Assembly: GCA_016209705.1 (NCBI GenBank)
Contig: JACQVR010000134.1
Span: 64,194-128,193, forward strand
Origin: Planctomycetota bacterium
Lineage (GTDB): Bacteria; Planctomycetota; MHYJ01; JACPRB01
Direction: 5' to 3'
Length of the DNA: 64,000 bases
The notes under the pieces were generated by a model. That model saw only the letters and a program-made list of their open reading frames with translations. It was not told the DNA's origin and made no database searches. Of the stretch, positions 8,506-18,570 are shown in pieces. The translations under genes and the position numbers were made by a program. Position 1 is the stretch's first letter. Each line of letters starts with the position of its first letter.

Positions 8506-10500
8506 TTGACGGTTGAAACGCACCCGAGCGTCTGCCCCCTCGATTGCCCCGACGCGTGCAGCCTGGAAGTGAACGTCGATCATGGGCGTGTGACGGGCAT
8601 CGACGGGAGCCGGCGCAATCCGCTGACTCAGGCGTTCATCTGCGCCAAGGTCCGCCGCTACGCGCGACATGTCTATGGTTCCGAGCGACTTCTCCATCCC
8701 GGCGTGCGTCGGGGAAAGAAGGGAGAGGGCGAGTTCTCCTCGGTTTCCTGGGATGAAGCGTTGAACCTCGTCGCGGAACGGATGCGGCGCTCCGCGGGCG
8801 AAGCGATTCTCCCCTTTTCCTATGGCGGCTCCAACGGGTTCCTCTCCCAGGACACGACCGATGCGCGGCTCTTCCGCCGATTGGGAGCGTCCCGCTTGGC
8901 TCGCACCGTCTGCGCGGCGCCTTCCTCGCGCGCGGCCGTGGGACTCTACGGCAAGATGCCCGGCGTGGTGTTGACGGACTACGTTCACGCGCGGCTCATC
9001 GTCGTCTGGGGCGCCAACCCCGCCGTGTCGGGCATCCACTTGATGCCGATCATTCAGCAGGCCCGCGCCCGCGGCGCCAGCCTGGCGGTTGTCGATCCGC
9101 GGCGGACCAAGCTGGCCCAGCAAGCGGATCTGCATCTCGCGCTTCGCCCCGGCACGGACGTGGTGGTCGCGCTGGCGGTGATCCGATGGTTGTTTGCCGA
9201 GGGCGCCGCGGACCTGAAATTCCTGGCCGCCCATGCGGACGGGGTCGAGCGGCTGCGGGAACGCGCGCAGCCGTGGACGCTGAAGCGCGCCGCCGAAGTG
9301 GCCGACGTGAGGCCCGGCGACATCGAAGCGTTCGCCCGACGGTACGCCGAAACGACGCCTGCCGTGATCCGCTCCGGCTGGGGGCTGGAACGCAACCGGA
9401 ACGGCGGCTCGGCCGTCGCGGCCGTCCTGGCCCTTCCGGCCGTGGCCGGCAAGTTCGGCGTCCGGGGCGGCGGCTACACGATGAGCCAATCGGGGGCATG
9501 GAACCTGAACGCCGAAGCGGTGATCGGTGAGCCCGAGCCTCCTACGCGCGTGATCAACATGAACCGTCTGGGGCGGGGCCTTCGGACGGCCAAGCCGCCG
9601 ATTGAACTGCTCTTCGTCTACAACGCCAATCCGCTGGCCACGCTGCCCGATCAGGAAAACGTTCGAGCGGGCCTCCTCCGGGAAGGCCTTTTCACCGTAG
9701 TCTTTGAACAGGTCATGACCGATACGGCGCGCTATGCCGATGTCGTGCTGCCCGCCGCCACGTTCCTGGAGCGAGCGGAGTTATGCGCCGGCTACGGCGC
9801 CATGGTCTTGCAGGCCTCGGACGCGGTCATCGCTCCCGTCGGGGAATCGCGGTCCAATCACGAGGTCTTCGCCGAACTCTGCCGCCGGACGGGCGTCGCC
9901 CGGCCGGGCGAGCCGGAAAGCGAGGAAGCGTTCGCGAGGGCGATCGTGGGAGACCGCGAGGAGTTGCGCGCGGGAGGAATCACGTATCCTACGGTCGGAC
10001 CCGACCCGATCCAGTTCGTGAATAGTTTCCCGTTGACGCCCGACCGGAAGATCCATCTCTTTCCGGAGGACCTCGATCGCGAATCCCCTCAGGGATTGTA
10101 CGGATACCGGGAAGATCCCGCGTCCGAGCCTTATCCGCTCGCGCTCATTTCGCCGGCGTCGGATCGGACGATCAGTTCGACCCTGGGGCAGCTCCGACGC
10201 GAGCACGTGAAGCTGGAAATTCACCCGGTCGATGCGGCGTCGCGCGGGATTCGCGACGGGGACAGGGTCCGTGTTTTCAACGCGCAGGGTGAAGTCCATT
10301 GCTTCTGCCGGATCAACGCGGATCTCCGGCCCGGCGTCGCGTATCTGCCCAAGGGCCTCTGGAGCCATAACACGCTCAACGGCACGACGGCGAACGCTCT
10401 GGTTCCCGACGCGCTGACGGATTTGGGAGGGGGAGCCTGCTTCAATGACGCGCGCGTCCAGGTTGTCGCAACAGCTCTTGATCCCGACCGCCGAATGTAA
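8506..10500 (+). CDS. Molybdopterin-dependent oxidoreductase (MopB superfamily with an N-terminal 4Fe-4S domain)
   Basis: A CPLDCPDAC cysteine cluster is followed by molybdopterin oxidoreductase and C-terminal molybdopterin dinucleotide-binding regions. The probable start is TTG at 8506, with an AAGGAAG Shine-Dalgarno 6 nt upstream; the six-frame ORF opens further upstream at 8257. Confidence 0.75.
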   Translation: MTVETHPSVCPLDCPDACSLEVNVDHGRVTGIDGSRRNPLTQAFICAKVRRYARHVYGSERLLHPGVRRGKKGEGEFSSVSWDEALNLVAERMRRSAGEAILPFSYGGSNGFLSQDTTDARLFRRLGASRLARTVCAAPSSRAAVGLYGKMPGVVLTDYVHARLIVVWGANPAVSGIHLMPIIQQARARGASLAVVDPRRTKLAQQADLHLALRPGTDVVVALAVIRWLFAEGAADLKFLAAHADGVERLRERAQPWTLKRAAEVADVRPGDIEAFARRYAETTPAVIRSGWGLERNRNGGSAVAAVLALPAVAGKFGVRGGGYTMSQSGAWNLNAEAVIGEPEPPTRVINMNRLGRGLRTAKPPIELLFVYNANPLATLPDQENVRAGLLREGLFTVVFEQVMTDTARYADVVLPAATFLERAELCAGYGAMVLQASDAVIAPVGESRSNHEVFAELCRRTGVARPGEPESEEAFARAIVGDREELRAGGITYPTVGPDPIQFVNSFPLTPDRKIHLFPEDLDRESPQGLYGYREDPASEPYPLALISPASDRTISSTLGQLRREHVKLEIHPVDAASRGIRDGDRVRVFNAQGEVHCFCRINADLRPGVAYLPKGLWSHNTLNGTTANALVPDALTDLGGGACFNDARVQVVATALDPDRRM

Positions 10501-12000
10501 CATTCATGCGCCCCTTGCGATGAACGACACCCACGGCGAGCGCCACGCTGCACTACCAGTTTGTGTTTATCACGAAGTACTGCAAGCCGGTCTTGAAGGG
10601 CGAGGTTGCGGTGAGGGCGCGCGACTTGAGAGCTATAACCGAAAGTTGTGGATGGAAGGATAAGGAAAGACGGCGTACCCTTGGTGCTGGAAACAGGCAC
10701 CAGATCTCTTTTCAGAGAAAGGATACGCCGCATGGGAAACGCTACCGGTTCGAGGAGGTGGGGTCCAGAAACTTCGGCAGGTGAGGCGCTGACGGATATC
10801 CTGCGCCAGGGAGCGCAACGACTGCTGGCCACCGCCATCGAGACGGAGGTCGCGGAGTACATCGAGCGGCACACGCACCTGCGGGACGACAAAGGACATC
10901 GCCTGGTCGTTCGCAACGGCCACCTCCCGGAACGAACCCTCCAGACGAGTCTGGGAAGCATCCAGATCCACCAGCCGCGGGTGCGGGACCATCGGGTGGA
11001 TTCGGACGGCCAGGTGATGAGGTTCCAAAGCAAGCTTCTGCCGCCGTACCTACGCCGGACGAAGAGCGTGGAGGCGCTGATCCCGTGGCTGTACCTGAAG
11101 GGGATCTCGACGGGGGATTTTTCGGAAGCCCTCCAGGCTCTTCTGGGTTCGGAATCTCCTGGGCTTTCGGCGACTTCCATCGTGCGGTTGAAGCAAGTCT
11201 GGGAGGAGGACTACCAGGTCTGGAGCCGGCGGTCGCTGGAAGGCAAACGATACGTGTATTTCTGGGTCGACGGGATTCACTGCAACGTGCGGCTGGAGGA
11301 AGGCCGGCCGTGCATTCTGGTCGTCATAGGGGCCACGGCGGAGGGAAAGAAGGAATTGGTGGCGATTCAAGACGGCGAGCGCGAGAGCGAACAGTCGTGG
11401 TACGAGCTTCTTTTGGATTTGAAGAAGCGAGGGTTGACGGTCGATCCCAAGTTGGCCACGGGGGACGGGGCGCTGGGGTTTTGGAAGGCGCTGCCGAAAG
11501 TGTTTCCGAAAACGCAGCAGCAGCGGTGCTGGGTCCATAAGATGGTCAACGTGTTGGACAAGCTTTCCAAGAGGGAGCAGCCGGCGGCCAAGGGTCTTTT
11601 GCACGACATCTGGATGTCGTCCACGCGAGAGAAGGCCAATAAGGCGTTTGATCATTTTGTGGCCGTGTACGCCGCCAAATATCCAAAGGCCGTGGAATGC
11701 TTGAAGAAGGATCGAGAAGAGCTGTTGAGGTTTTATGACTTCCCCGCGGAGCACTGGATCCATCTGCGCACGACGAATCCCGTCGAATCCACATTCGCGA
11801 CGGTCCGCCTACGAACGACACGGACGAAGGGCTCGGGATCACGGGTCGCCTGTCTGACGATGGTCTTCAAGCTCGTACAGATGGCGGAAAAACACTGGCG
11901 GTCGCTGAACGGGGCCAAGCTGCTTCAGGACGTGGTGAAAGGAATTCCCTTTAAGGATGGCATCAAGGACGCCGCCTGACCTATGCCTTCATCCACAACA
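10501..12000 (+). mobile_element. IS256-family insertion sequence (boundaries approximate)
   Basis: It carries an IS256/mutator-type DDE transposase gene and sits directly downstream of the oxidoreductase stop. Its right edge abuts a truncated ISAzo13-family transposase remnant. Terminal inverted repeats could not be resolved by eye. Confidence 0.6.
10732..11979 (+). CDS. IS256-family transposase
   Basis: The product carries the mutator/IS256 family N-terminal pattern (GEALTDILRQGAQRLLATAIETEVAEYIERH...) and a DDE region. The start is placed at the ATG preceded by GAAAGGA; the six-frame ORF opens at 10648. Confidence 0.75.
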   Translation: MGNATGSRRWGPETSAGEALTDILRQGAQRLLATAIETEVAEYIERHTHLRDDKGHRLVVRNGHLPERTLQTSLGSIQIHQPRVRDHRVDSDGQVMRFQSKLLPPYLRRTKSVEALIPWLYLKGISTGDFSEALQALLGSESPGLSATSIVRLKQVWEEDYQVWSRRSLEGKRYVYFWVDGIHCNVRLEEGRPCILVVIGATAEGKKELVAIQDGERESEQSWYELLLDLKKRGLTVDPKLATGDGALGFWKALPKVFPKTQQQRCWVHKMVNVLDKLSKREQPAAKGLLHDIWMSSTREKANKAFDHFVAVYAAKYPKAVECLKKDREELLRFYDFPAEHWIHLRTTNPVESTFATVRLRTTRTKGSGSRVACLTMVFKLVQMAEKHWRSLNGAKLLQDVVKGIPFKDGIKDAA

Positions 12001-12242
12001 TTTGACAATATCTCCCCGCCCAGCCGTCGCATTCCCTCCAAGAAGGTCACATTGTCCAGGCTCTTCAACTCCTGAATGCCCTTCAGAATCGTCGGACGAG
12101 ACATTCCGGTTGCCTCTTGAACCCGTGTCACACCACCCCAACCCAGTTCGATCGCCTTCTGAGCCGCGTACCATCGACGCTGCGGTTCGTTGAGGCTTGG
12201 CAACAGTCTACACCAAAGCTCAAGTGTGCCCCCTCTCTTCAC
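11925..12242 (-). pseudogene. N-terminal remnant of an ISAzo13-family transposase, truncated (probably by the IS256 insertion)
   Basis: The translation (LNEPQRRWYAAQKAIELGWGGVTRVQEATGMSRPTILKGIQEL) matches the HTH-containing N-terminus of ISAzo13-type transposases. Only about 100 aa remain and the frame runs into the IS256 right end. An AT-rich patch at 12240–12300 marks the other edge. Confidence 0.5.
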
Positions 12243-12261
12243 ACTTCCAGTATATCATACT

Positions 12262-12513
12262 TTATAATTTGTATTGTTTATGTTGACGAGACCCCTTAGG
12301 ATGGATCGGCTGCGGTAGGGTCACCAGCCGCGCCCGCAGGAGGAAGACGCCGCCTCGATAGACGAAGACGCGCCAGAGGTCGAAGGGAATATAGCGGACC
12401 TCGATGACGTCGCTGGCCAGTTCGGGCGTAACCTCGAATTCGTTGCCGCAGAGGCTGAAGGTGTGAACTTTGGAGACGCTGAGGTGCTCGCGCCAGAGGA
12501 AGATCGTCTCCAA
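12262..12513 (-). CDS. Short hypothetical ORF, possibly a gene fragment adjoining the IS remnant
   Basis: The 83-aa product has no recognisable domain. It ends in the AT-rich junction next to the ISAzo13 remnant. Confidence 0.2.
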   Translation of the reverse strand: METIFLWREHLSVSKVHTFSLCGNEFEVTPELASDVIEVRYIPFDLWRVFVYRGGVFLLRARLVTLPQPIHPKGSRQHKQYKL

Positions 12514-12595
12514 AGCATAGGGATCGGCATAGCAGCGACGTCTACCGCTGGCTCGGGCGGCATCGACGCCGACGTTGCCAGATTCCGAGTCATCG

Positions 12596-13552
12596 TTAAA
12601 CCTGCTGCTTCATGAACTTGTGGCGCGCCTGCCAGCGGGCTTCTCCCTCCAGACCGGCCTTTAACGTGGCGCGGCGCTTGCCCAGATTGAGGCATGACCA
12701 TTGATATCGCTTCAGAAAGTTCCTGAAGGCCCTGTCAGGGTAGCGCGGCCGTCGTGTGAGAAGGCTCCACGCGAAACCAAGCCACATCGCGAGGCCGCCA
12801 ACCAGCCAAGGACGTGTCCTCATGCGGTAAAGGGAGCTGGCCGTCATGTAGACAAGTCCGGTACCCATGAAGTACTGTCCGTAACCGTGGCGCCATCGCC
12901 CCTTCACAATTCCCTTGTCGCTTGATCCCATGGGGCGCAGATGGACAAAGCGCAGCTCCGGTTCATCCCAACTGCACGCGATCCATCCCTGCATGCGGCA
13001 GCGATGACAATCGATGCCATCCCACATCACCTCACGTACAAAGCCGCCGATTGCTTCGAAGCACTCGCGGCGGTAAAACTTCGTCATCCCGACGGACATT
13101 TCGTCGCCGCAGCGTTCGCTCACGAGCCGGCCAGACTTCGCATCGACAAAATAGTGCTTGCCGCTGCACGTCCCCAGTCGCGGATTCGCTTCCATCCGGT
13201 CCAGAAGGATCGCGAAATACCTCGGCGGCAGCTCCAGATCTAGGTCCAGCTTGCAGAGATACTCGAACTGCGATAAATCGACGGTTTGGAGGCCGGCGTA
13301 AAAGGCGTCGATCACGCCGGGGCCGACGCTTCGACGGCCCCGATTCTCACGGCGCACGATCCGGAGGTAGGGAAGTAGACGCGCATACTCGGCAAGGATC
13401 TCGGGAGTTCGGTCCGTGGAACCATCGTCGACGATGACCCAGAGCGAAGGAGGCTTGGTCTGGCTCGCCACCGACTCCAGCGTGCGGCGCATGTAATCCT
13501 CCTCGTCCCGGCACGGGCTGATCACGCAATAGCGCCGTTTGGTCCCGCTCAT
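12596..13552 (-). CDS. Family 2 glycosyltransferase (GT-A fold)
   Basis: The product has GT2 signatures (CVISPCRDEEDYMRRTLESVASQT...WVIVDDGSTD). The start is taken at MSGTKRRY, where its ATG overlaps the upstream GT4 stop (ATGA). Confidence 0.75.
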   Translation of the reverse strand: MSGTKRRYCVISPCRDEEDYMRRTLESVASQTKPPSLWVIVDDGSTDRTPEILAEYARLLPYLRIVRRENRGRRSVGPGVIDAFYAGLQTVDLSQFEYLCKLDLDLELPPRYFAILLDRMEANPRLGTCSGKHYFVDAKSGRLVSERCGDEMSVGMTKFYRRECFEAIGGFVREVMWDGIDCHRCRMQGWIACSWDEPELRFVHLRPMGSSDKGIVKGRWRHGYGQYFMGTGLVYMTASSLYRMRTRPWLVGGLAMWLGFAWSLLTRRPRYPDRAFRNFLKRYQWSCLNLGKRRATLKAGLEGEARWQARHKFMKQQV

Positions 13553-14829
13553 CGGATGCGATTCCCCGATAAGGCATGATTCAGCCGAGCGACGTTCATG
13601 TCGAGCGAAAACTCGGCGGCGACCCGAGCCCGTCCCGCGGCTGCGACTTTGGCCCGAAGCGCCGGCTTGCGCTGCAGATCTTCGATCACTGCCTCCAGCA
13701 GATCCGGACGATCCGGAGGAACGAGTCGGCCCGTGATCCCGTCTTCCACGAGCTCTCGGAGGGAAGGAAGGTCTCCCGCCACGACCGGAAGTCCGCACGC
13801 CATGGCCTCCATGAGCACCACGGGGATCCCGTCCCGGTCGCCATTTTCATCGGTGCGACAAGGCAGGACGAACAGATCGGCTTGACTCATGAGTTCATGA
13901 ACTTGGGAATTCGGAACCGCCCCCAGCCATCGAAAGCGGTCGTCGCATCCGCATTGGCGCGCCAGATTCGTCAGCCGCGACCGTTCGGGGCCATCGCCGG
14001 CCACTACGACATGCCACGGCTTGCCGTGGCCGGGAGAATGGGATCCCACAGCGCGGATGAGGAGGTCGATCCCTTTCTTGGGAATGAGGCGTCCCACCGT
14101 AAGCAACGTGAAGGGACCGGCGTGTTCCTCGGCGCGGTCCGGCGGTTTCCACGCGGTGGTTTCCACACCGCAACGGATGATCGGGTAACATTCCGGATCC
14201 CGCGGGACGATCGCGCGATAGTACTCCCGATGCCACTCGCTGATGCAGGCTACGAACCGCGCCCGCTCCAATTTGCGGCGCAGCAGGGCGCGGCGCTGGA
14301 AGAGGTCATTCGCGTGTCCCGTAAAACTGAAAGGTATACCAAGCTGTAGGGCCGCGTACATGCCGACCGTGGTCGGGGCGTGCGCGAAGTGACAGTGGAT
14401 ATGTCCGACATGGCAGCGGCGAAGCCACGATGCCAATCCGATGCCAGCGGCAGCTTGGAGAGGAACCTTGAGTCGCTGAACGAACGGCGTGGGCTCCCCC
14501 GGCATGACCGTATCGCAGAACGCGCGCCAAAAAGTGCAGGTCGATCGCGCCGGACGGAACACGAATTCACGGAGCGTCGCGCGCAGGAGACGGAATCGAC
14601 TTTCGTAGACCACGAACGCGGTTCGTATCGGGTTTCCGTCTTCGTCCAGCACCGACTCGTCAGATCGATGTAGACCTCCAGCGAAAACCCGCCAGCCTCG
14701 TGATTTCAGAGCCTGGACCTCCCGCGAGACGAATGTCTCGCTCAGCGCGGGAAAAGTGCTGGAGAGGAATGCAATCTTTTGTTTGCTGGAATGCTCTCCA
14801 ATCGTGTCGAAAGCCGCTGCGCCTTTCAT
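13549..14829 (-). CDS. Family 4 glycosyltransferase (GT-B; resembles PEP-CTERM/EpsH1-associated sugar transferases)
   Basis: The C-terminal EGFG-like region (PVVLMEAMACGLPVVAGDLPSLRELVEDGITGRL) is typical of GT4 enzymes. The start is taken at MKGAAAF and overlaps the upstream GNAT stop by 4 nt. Confidence 0.75.
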   Translation of the reverse strand: MKGAAAFDTIGEHSSKQKIAFLSSTFPALSETFVSREVQALKSRGWRVFAGGLHRSDESVLDEDGNPIRTAFVVYESRFRLLRATLREFVFRPARSTCTFWRAFCDTVMPGEPTPFVQRLKVPLQAAAGIGLASWLRRCHVGHIHCHFAHAPTTVGMYAALQLGIPFSFTGHANDLFQRRALLRRKLERARFVACISEWHREYYRAIVPRDPECYPIIRCGVETTAWKPPDRAEEHAGPFTLLTVGRLIPKKGIDLLIRAVGSHSPGHGKPWHVVVAGDGPERSRLTNLARQCGCDDRFRWLGAVPNSQVHELMSQADLFVLPCRTDENGDRDGIPVVLMEAMACGLPVVAGDLPSLRELVEDGITGRLVPPDRPDLLEAVIEDLQRKPALRAKVAAAGRARVAAEFSLDMNVARLNHALSGNRIR

Positions 14830-15401
14830 CCGAGCGCCTCCCGCCGCGTCAGCGCCTTCAAGGTCGCGATGCGGCGAAAGCCCGCCTTCTCGATCGCCCG
14901 CATCGAGGCCGAGTTGTAGACCCGGCAATCCGCGTACGCCCGTCCCCCGGCCCGGAGCTCCCGCCGAACAATCTCTCTCATCAGCGCCGGAAAAAGCCCC
15001 CGGCCCCGCAAAGCCGGCAGCGTGCGGCCTCGGATGATGACCAGATCCGAGGGCTCCAACGGCACGAACCATCGCCGGAACTGAATCCCCCGGCGGGACA
15101 TGCAGGTGCAGGCGACTTCGCCTTCATCATAACCCACCCAATACACGGCCCCCATCCGGAGTTCTTCAACATCGCCTTCCCATGGAGAACGGCGAGCATA
15201 GTTCCGTAGCGCCTCGGGGACCCGCGACGGCACGTCTTCGACGTCCACGTACCGCTCCACGTGAAGTTCCACGGGTGCCGGAGCGGGCGCGAGCGCGTCA
15301 AACACGTAGACATGATTGCGCTTCCGGAACGTCTGATTGAAGACGTTGGCCAACCGGCGCCAAGCCCGACTCAAGAGGGCGCGTTTTCCGTTCCCCTTCA
15401 T
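14826..15401 (-). CDS. GNAT-family N-acetyltransferase
   Basis: A 191-aa product with a GNAT fold pattern (...RGRGLFPALMREIVRRELRAGGRAYADCRVYNSASMRAIEKAGFRRI). Confidence 0.65.
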   Translation of the reverse strand: MKGNGKRALLSRAWRRLANVFNQTFRKRNHVYVFDALAPAPAPVELHVERYVDVEDVPSRVPEALRNYARRSPWEGDVEELRMGAVYWVGYDEGEVACTCMSRRGIQFRRWFVPLEPSDLVIIRGRTLPALRGRGLFPALMREIVRRELRAGGRAYADCRVYNSASMRAIEKAGFRRIATLKALTRREALG

Positions 15402-15408
15402 GACTAGC

Positions 15409-16482
15409 TCACCGGTAGCGACTCCGGAACTCCAGTCCCTTGACGAGACGTCCGGGAATCCTGAGAACCGGGAGCAGAGGCGTGCGCCGCACCCAGGACT
15501 CCAGACCGTCGCGCCAGCGCTTCACGGAAAGGACGAGAGAAGGGATCTCGATGCGCCCCGCCGCCACCGGGATGAAGCCGCTGCGAAGGCGCCGCTTGAA
15601 CTCCTCATCGCCGTAACCAAGGTCGATCCGTCTCACGCCCAGGCGTGGAGCATGCTCGATCGCGAGATAGAGCAGAAGGAGGCCCGGGAAGTATTTCTCG
15701 AATTTCTCCGCGTGCCGCGGAAACCACCAGTGCCAGGCGTCGCGCGATCGCATTCCCATGTGGGCGGCCGCGAGTTCGCCGTCGAAATAGAGCGCCGACA
15801 GCATTCCCGCGAAGTCGTCGCCCTGCGCGGCGTGAATCCTGTAGATGAGCTCGCGCATCCAAGGGAAGGACCAATTGTCGATCGCCCCGACGGAACGATA
15901 TTGTCTGGACTTCCAAGCCAGCAGCGTATCCAGGACTCGGACGTCCGACACGTGAGCCACGAACTCCACTTTCTTGAAGGCCTCGTTCGCTTTGCGGCGG
16001 AAGACGCGCAATTTCCGCGGCTGGGAGGATCCGGCTTGACGAAGCCCGGCTTCGTATCCCTCCAGGCCGGTGGCGGTGTCCAGATAGTGCGACTCGGTCG
16101 TCCGCGCATGATACGGGGCGAACGCGGCCTGCGAGGCGAGCAGCGCGTGGAACTCCCACGACACGAGGCGGCAGGCCCGCATGAGCTCGGGAACGTCGCA
16201 ATACAGGTCTCGGCGCGCGATCAGGCCGTGAAAATCGGACAGTCTGCTTCCGGCGGGGTCTCCGAAGCCGAACCGGCGGCGCTGGTACGGAAAGAAGCCC
16301 TGAGGTTCGGCCCGGGGTCCCAGCACGGCGACAAACAGGCCGTCGCGCACGGCGGCGACGATGCGAGCGAAATCGGCGTTGAAATACGGGCTGTTCAATT
16401 CTTCGTTCTCGTTCTGCAACGACCGCCATCGGGCCCAGAGCGAGGAAGTCATGTCGCAGGCGTTCAGCACCGTGATTCTCAT
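15409..16482 (-). CDS. FemAB/CelD-like acyltransferase (of the PEP-CTERM-system-associated FemAB-related type)
   Basis: A 357-aa product with BioF2/CelD-like acetyltransferase features. Such proteins typically co-occur with exosortase EPS loci. Confidence 0.55.
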   Translation of the reverse strand: MRITVLNACDMTSSLWARWRSLQNENEELNSPYFNADFARIVAAVRDGLFVAVLGPRAEPQGFFPYQRRRFGFGDPAGSRLSDFHGLIARRDLYCDVPELMRACRLVSWEFHALLASQAAFAPYHARTTESHYLDTATGLEGYEAGLRQAGSSQPRKLRVFRRKANEAFKKVEFVAHVSDVRVLDTLLAWKSRQYRSVGAIDNWSFPWMRELIYRIHAAQGDDFAGMLSALYFDGELAAAHMGMRSRDAWHWWFPRHAEKFEKYFPGLLLLYLAIEHAPRLGVRRIDLGYGDEEFKRRLRSGFIPVAAGRIEIPSLVLSVKRWRDGLESWVRRTPLLPVLRIPGRLVKGLEFRSRYR

Positions 16483-16486
16483 TTTG

Positions 16487-17419
16487 TCATACCGAGGGAT
16501 CGGGCCGCCTGAACAGGGGAGCCCTTAGCCGTTTCCTGAGTTCATCTTTCGGAGACCTTAGGAACAAGATTCGCAACAGGTCGCGAGCTCCTTTGACCAC
16601 GAGTTCGCCGAACTCGGCGGCGGCCGCCGCCACGCGGCCGTAATGCTTGCCCAAGTAATAGTATCGGCTCCTGAAGTAATGGTCGCTCAGGCAGTCTCCC
16701 TCTCCAAGCGACGGATCGAAATGGCGGGCGCTCGATCCGACGAAATGAGTCGCCGAAGCCGCCCCGACCGCCCAGAGCTCCCATCCCGCGGCCCGCAAGC
16801 GCCTGCACAGATCGGTCTCCTCGAAGTAGAGGAAGAAGCGCGGGTCGAATCCGCCCACGCCGCGGAAGGCCTCGCTGCGCACGAGAATCACCGCGCCGCA
16901 CAGCCAGTCGGTGCGGAAGGGGGGCGCGCCAGGACGTACGCACGTCAACTTCGGCTGAAGGCGCCGGATTCCGGTCGCCGTCGCGACGACCGACCAAGGA
17001 GTAAAACTTCCTCCCGCGTGCTGCAATCGATCGCCGCGGCCCCACCGCGTGGCCGGCGCGGCGATCCCGACCACCGCTTTGGCCTCCAGGAACCGCAGCA
17101 GCTCGCGGATCGCGTCTTTTCCGATGACGACGTCCGGATTCATGAAGAGCACGTACGGAGTCCGGACCCGACCGAAACCAAGGTTGCAGCCGCGCCCGTA
17201 ACCGAGATTGCGCGGACTTCTCAGTAGCTCCACCCAGGGATGCTCGCGGGCCACACGATCGGCGGTATCGTCTGGGCTGGCGTTGTCTACCACGATGCAT
17301 TGAAGCAGGCGGTCCTCGTACGCCGGGTACAGCGCCGTCAGCGCGTTTCCCACCGTTTGAGACGAAGCATAGGTCACGATCACGACGGTCGCCGGAACAT
17401 TCTCGTACGCCTCTTTCAT
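16487..17419 (-). CDS. Family 2 glycosyltransferase
   Basis: The product carries the GT2 N-terminal pattern (TVVIVTYASSQTVGNALTAL...CIVVDNASPDDT...NLGYGRGCN). Confidence 0.75.
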   Translation of the reverse strand: MKEAYENVPATVVIVTYASSQTVGNALTALYPAYEDRLLQCIVVDNASPDDTADRVAREHPWVELLRSPRNLGYGRGCNLGFGRVRTPYVLFMNPDVVIGKDAIRELLRFLEAKAVVGIAAPATRWGRGDRLQHAGGSFTPWSVVATATGIRRLQPKLTCVRPGAPPFRTDWLCGAVILVRSEAFRGVGGFDPRFFLYFEETDLCRRLRAAGWELWAVGAASATHFVGSSARHFDPSLGEGDCLSDHYFRSRYYYLGKHYGRVAAAAAEFGELVVKGARDLLRILFLRSPKDELRKRLRAPLFRRPDPSV

Positions 17420-18570
17420 GCTCGCCCCGTCAGCAACCGCGACAGCCCCGGGTACGCTCCGCTCGTTACGAAGGCGAACCTGGCACCAAGATTCTGCGCG
17501 TCGATGCGTGGGAGCGCAAACCGGTCACTGCGAATGGTCACGAGGTAGTCGCTCCCCGAACCGAGCGCGGAATGGAATCCGCACCGCCGGACCTCTTCCT
17601 GTGCCTGCGGCGTCCACCGGTCGTAGGGATACGAAAAATGGCGAGGATCATGCCCGAGCTCGCGCCGGAGGTCCTCCGCGCAACTCGAAATGTCCCGCGC
17701 GGCGGTTTCCCTCGCGTGCGCGCTCAAGTCGATGTGGTCGCGGGAATGGCCTCCGATTTCAAAGCCGGGCGAAAGGCTCAAAAGGTTTCGAAGGTCGTTC
17801 CAGTCCATGACGAGTCGCGGCGAGGATCCGGCCGGAACGAGTTGCTCTTCCACGATCCGGAGCCCCGCCTCGCGATCTCGGGGCGAGCCATCCAGAAGCC
17901 GCATTTCGAGGCGCCGGAAGGCTTCAAGTTCCTCCTGAGGAACGGCCAAGTTAAATGTTTGCGGTTTGTGCCCGTCGAGAAACAACACGTTTCGAGTCCG
18001 GTGCCGAAAGGCGTGATACAGTTGATCCACCCAGGGATTCTGGACGCGCGTCACGTAACCTGTGGAGACGAAGAACGTCGCGGGGATTTCGTACTTCTTG
18101 AGGATCGGGCCGGCGATGGTGAGCTGGTCAAGGTATCCGTCGTCGAACGTGACGACGACGGTTCGCGGCGGAAGGTCGCGGCCTTGTTCCAGAGAGCGGA
18201 CGAGGTGGCTCAAGGAGACGGGCGTACGTCGAATCGAGAGGAAGCGCATCTGCTGCTCGAACGGTTCCGGCTCCATTTGATTGCGGGGATCGATCCATCG
18301 GCCCCGTTCCCGATCGGCCACGCTGTGGTAGGTGAGGATCGTCGTTCCCGTCACGTTTCGCTGGCGGACGTAGAGCGACGACACCTTCGCGGCCTCCAAG
18401 CAGACTTGGAAGGCGCCGAGACTTTCCCGCTTGAGGCGCCTCCAGAGATTCAACCGCGGCTTCGGCGGAACGGCCGAATGGTAGAACGATCCATTGCGCG
18501 AGCGCCCGCTCGCTTCCGACTCACCGGACCTGTTCATGGGGCCTGCTTTCGAGCTGATGAAGGTCGTCAT
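17416..18570 (-). CDS. Polysaccharide deacetylase family protein (NodB homology domain)
   Basis: NodB motifs are present (VVVTFDDGY, HSRDHIDLS), and the start overlaps the upstream stop. The arrangement is consistent with a PEP-CTERM-locus deacetylase subfamily member. Confidence 0.7.
   Translation of the reverse strand: MTTFISSKAGPMNRSGESEASGRSRNGSFYHSAVPPKPRLNLWRRLKRESLGAFQVCLEAAKVSSLYVRQRNVTGTTILTYHSVADRERGRWIDPRNQMEPEPFEQQMRFLSIRRTPVSLSHLVRSLEQGRDLPPRTVVVTFDDGYLDQLTIAGPILKKYEIPATFFVSTGYVTRVQNPWVDQLYHAFRHRTRNVLFLDGHKPQTFNLAVPQEELEAFRRLEMRLLDGSPRDREAGLRIVEEQLVPAGSSPRLVMDWNDLRNLLSLSPGFEIGGHSRDHIDLSAHARETAARDISSCAEDLRRELGHDPRHFSYPYDRWTPQAQEEVRRCGFHSALGSGSDYLVTIRSDRFALPRIDAQNLGARFAFVTSGAYPGLSRLLTGRA

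Noticed and set aside
7062-8516. 484-aa plus-strand ORF
   Set aside because: Antisense to the OMP gene. It also runs into the oxidoreductase leader and has no domain.
15337-16512. 391-aa plus-strand ORF
   Set aside because: Antisense shadow of the FemAB-like gene (15409–16482, minus strand).
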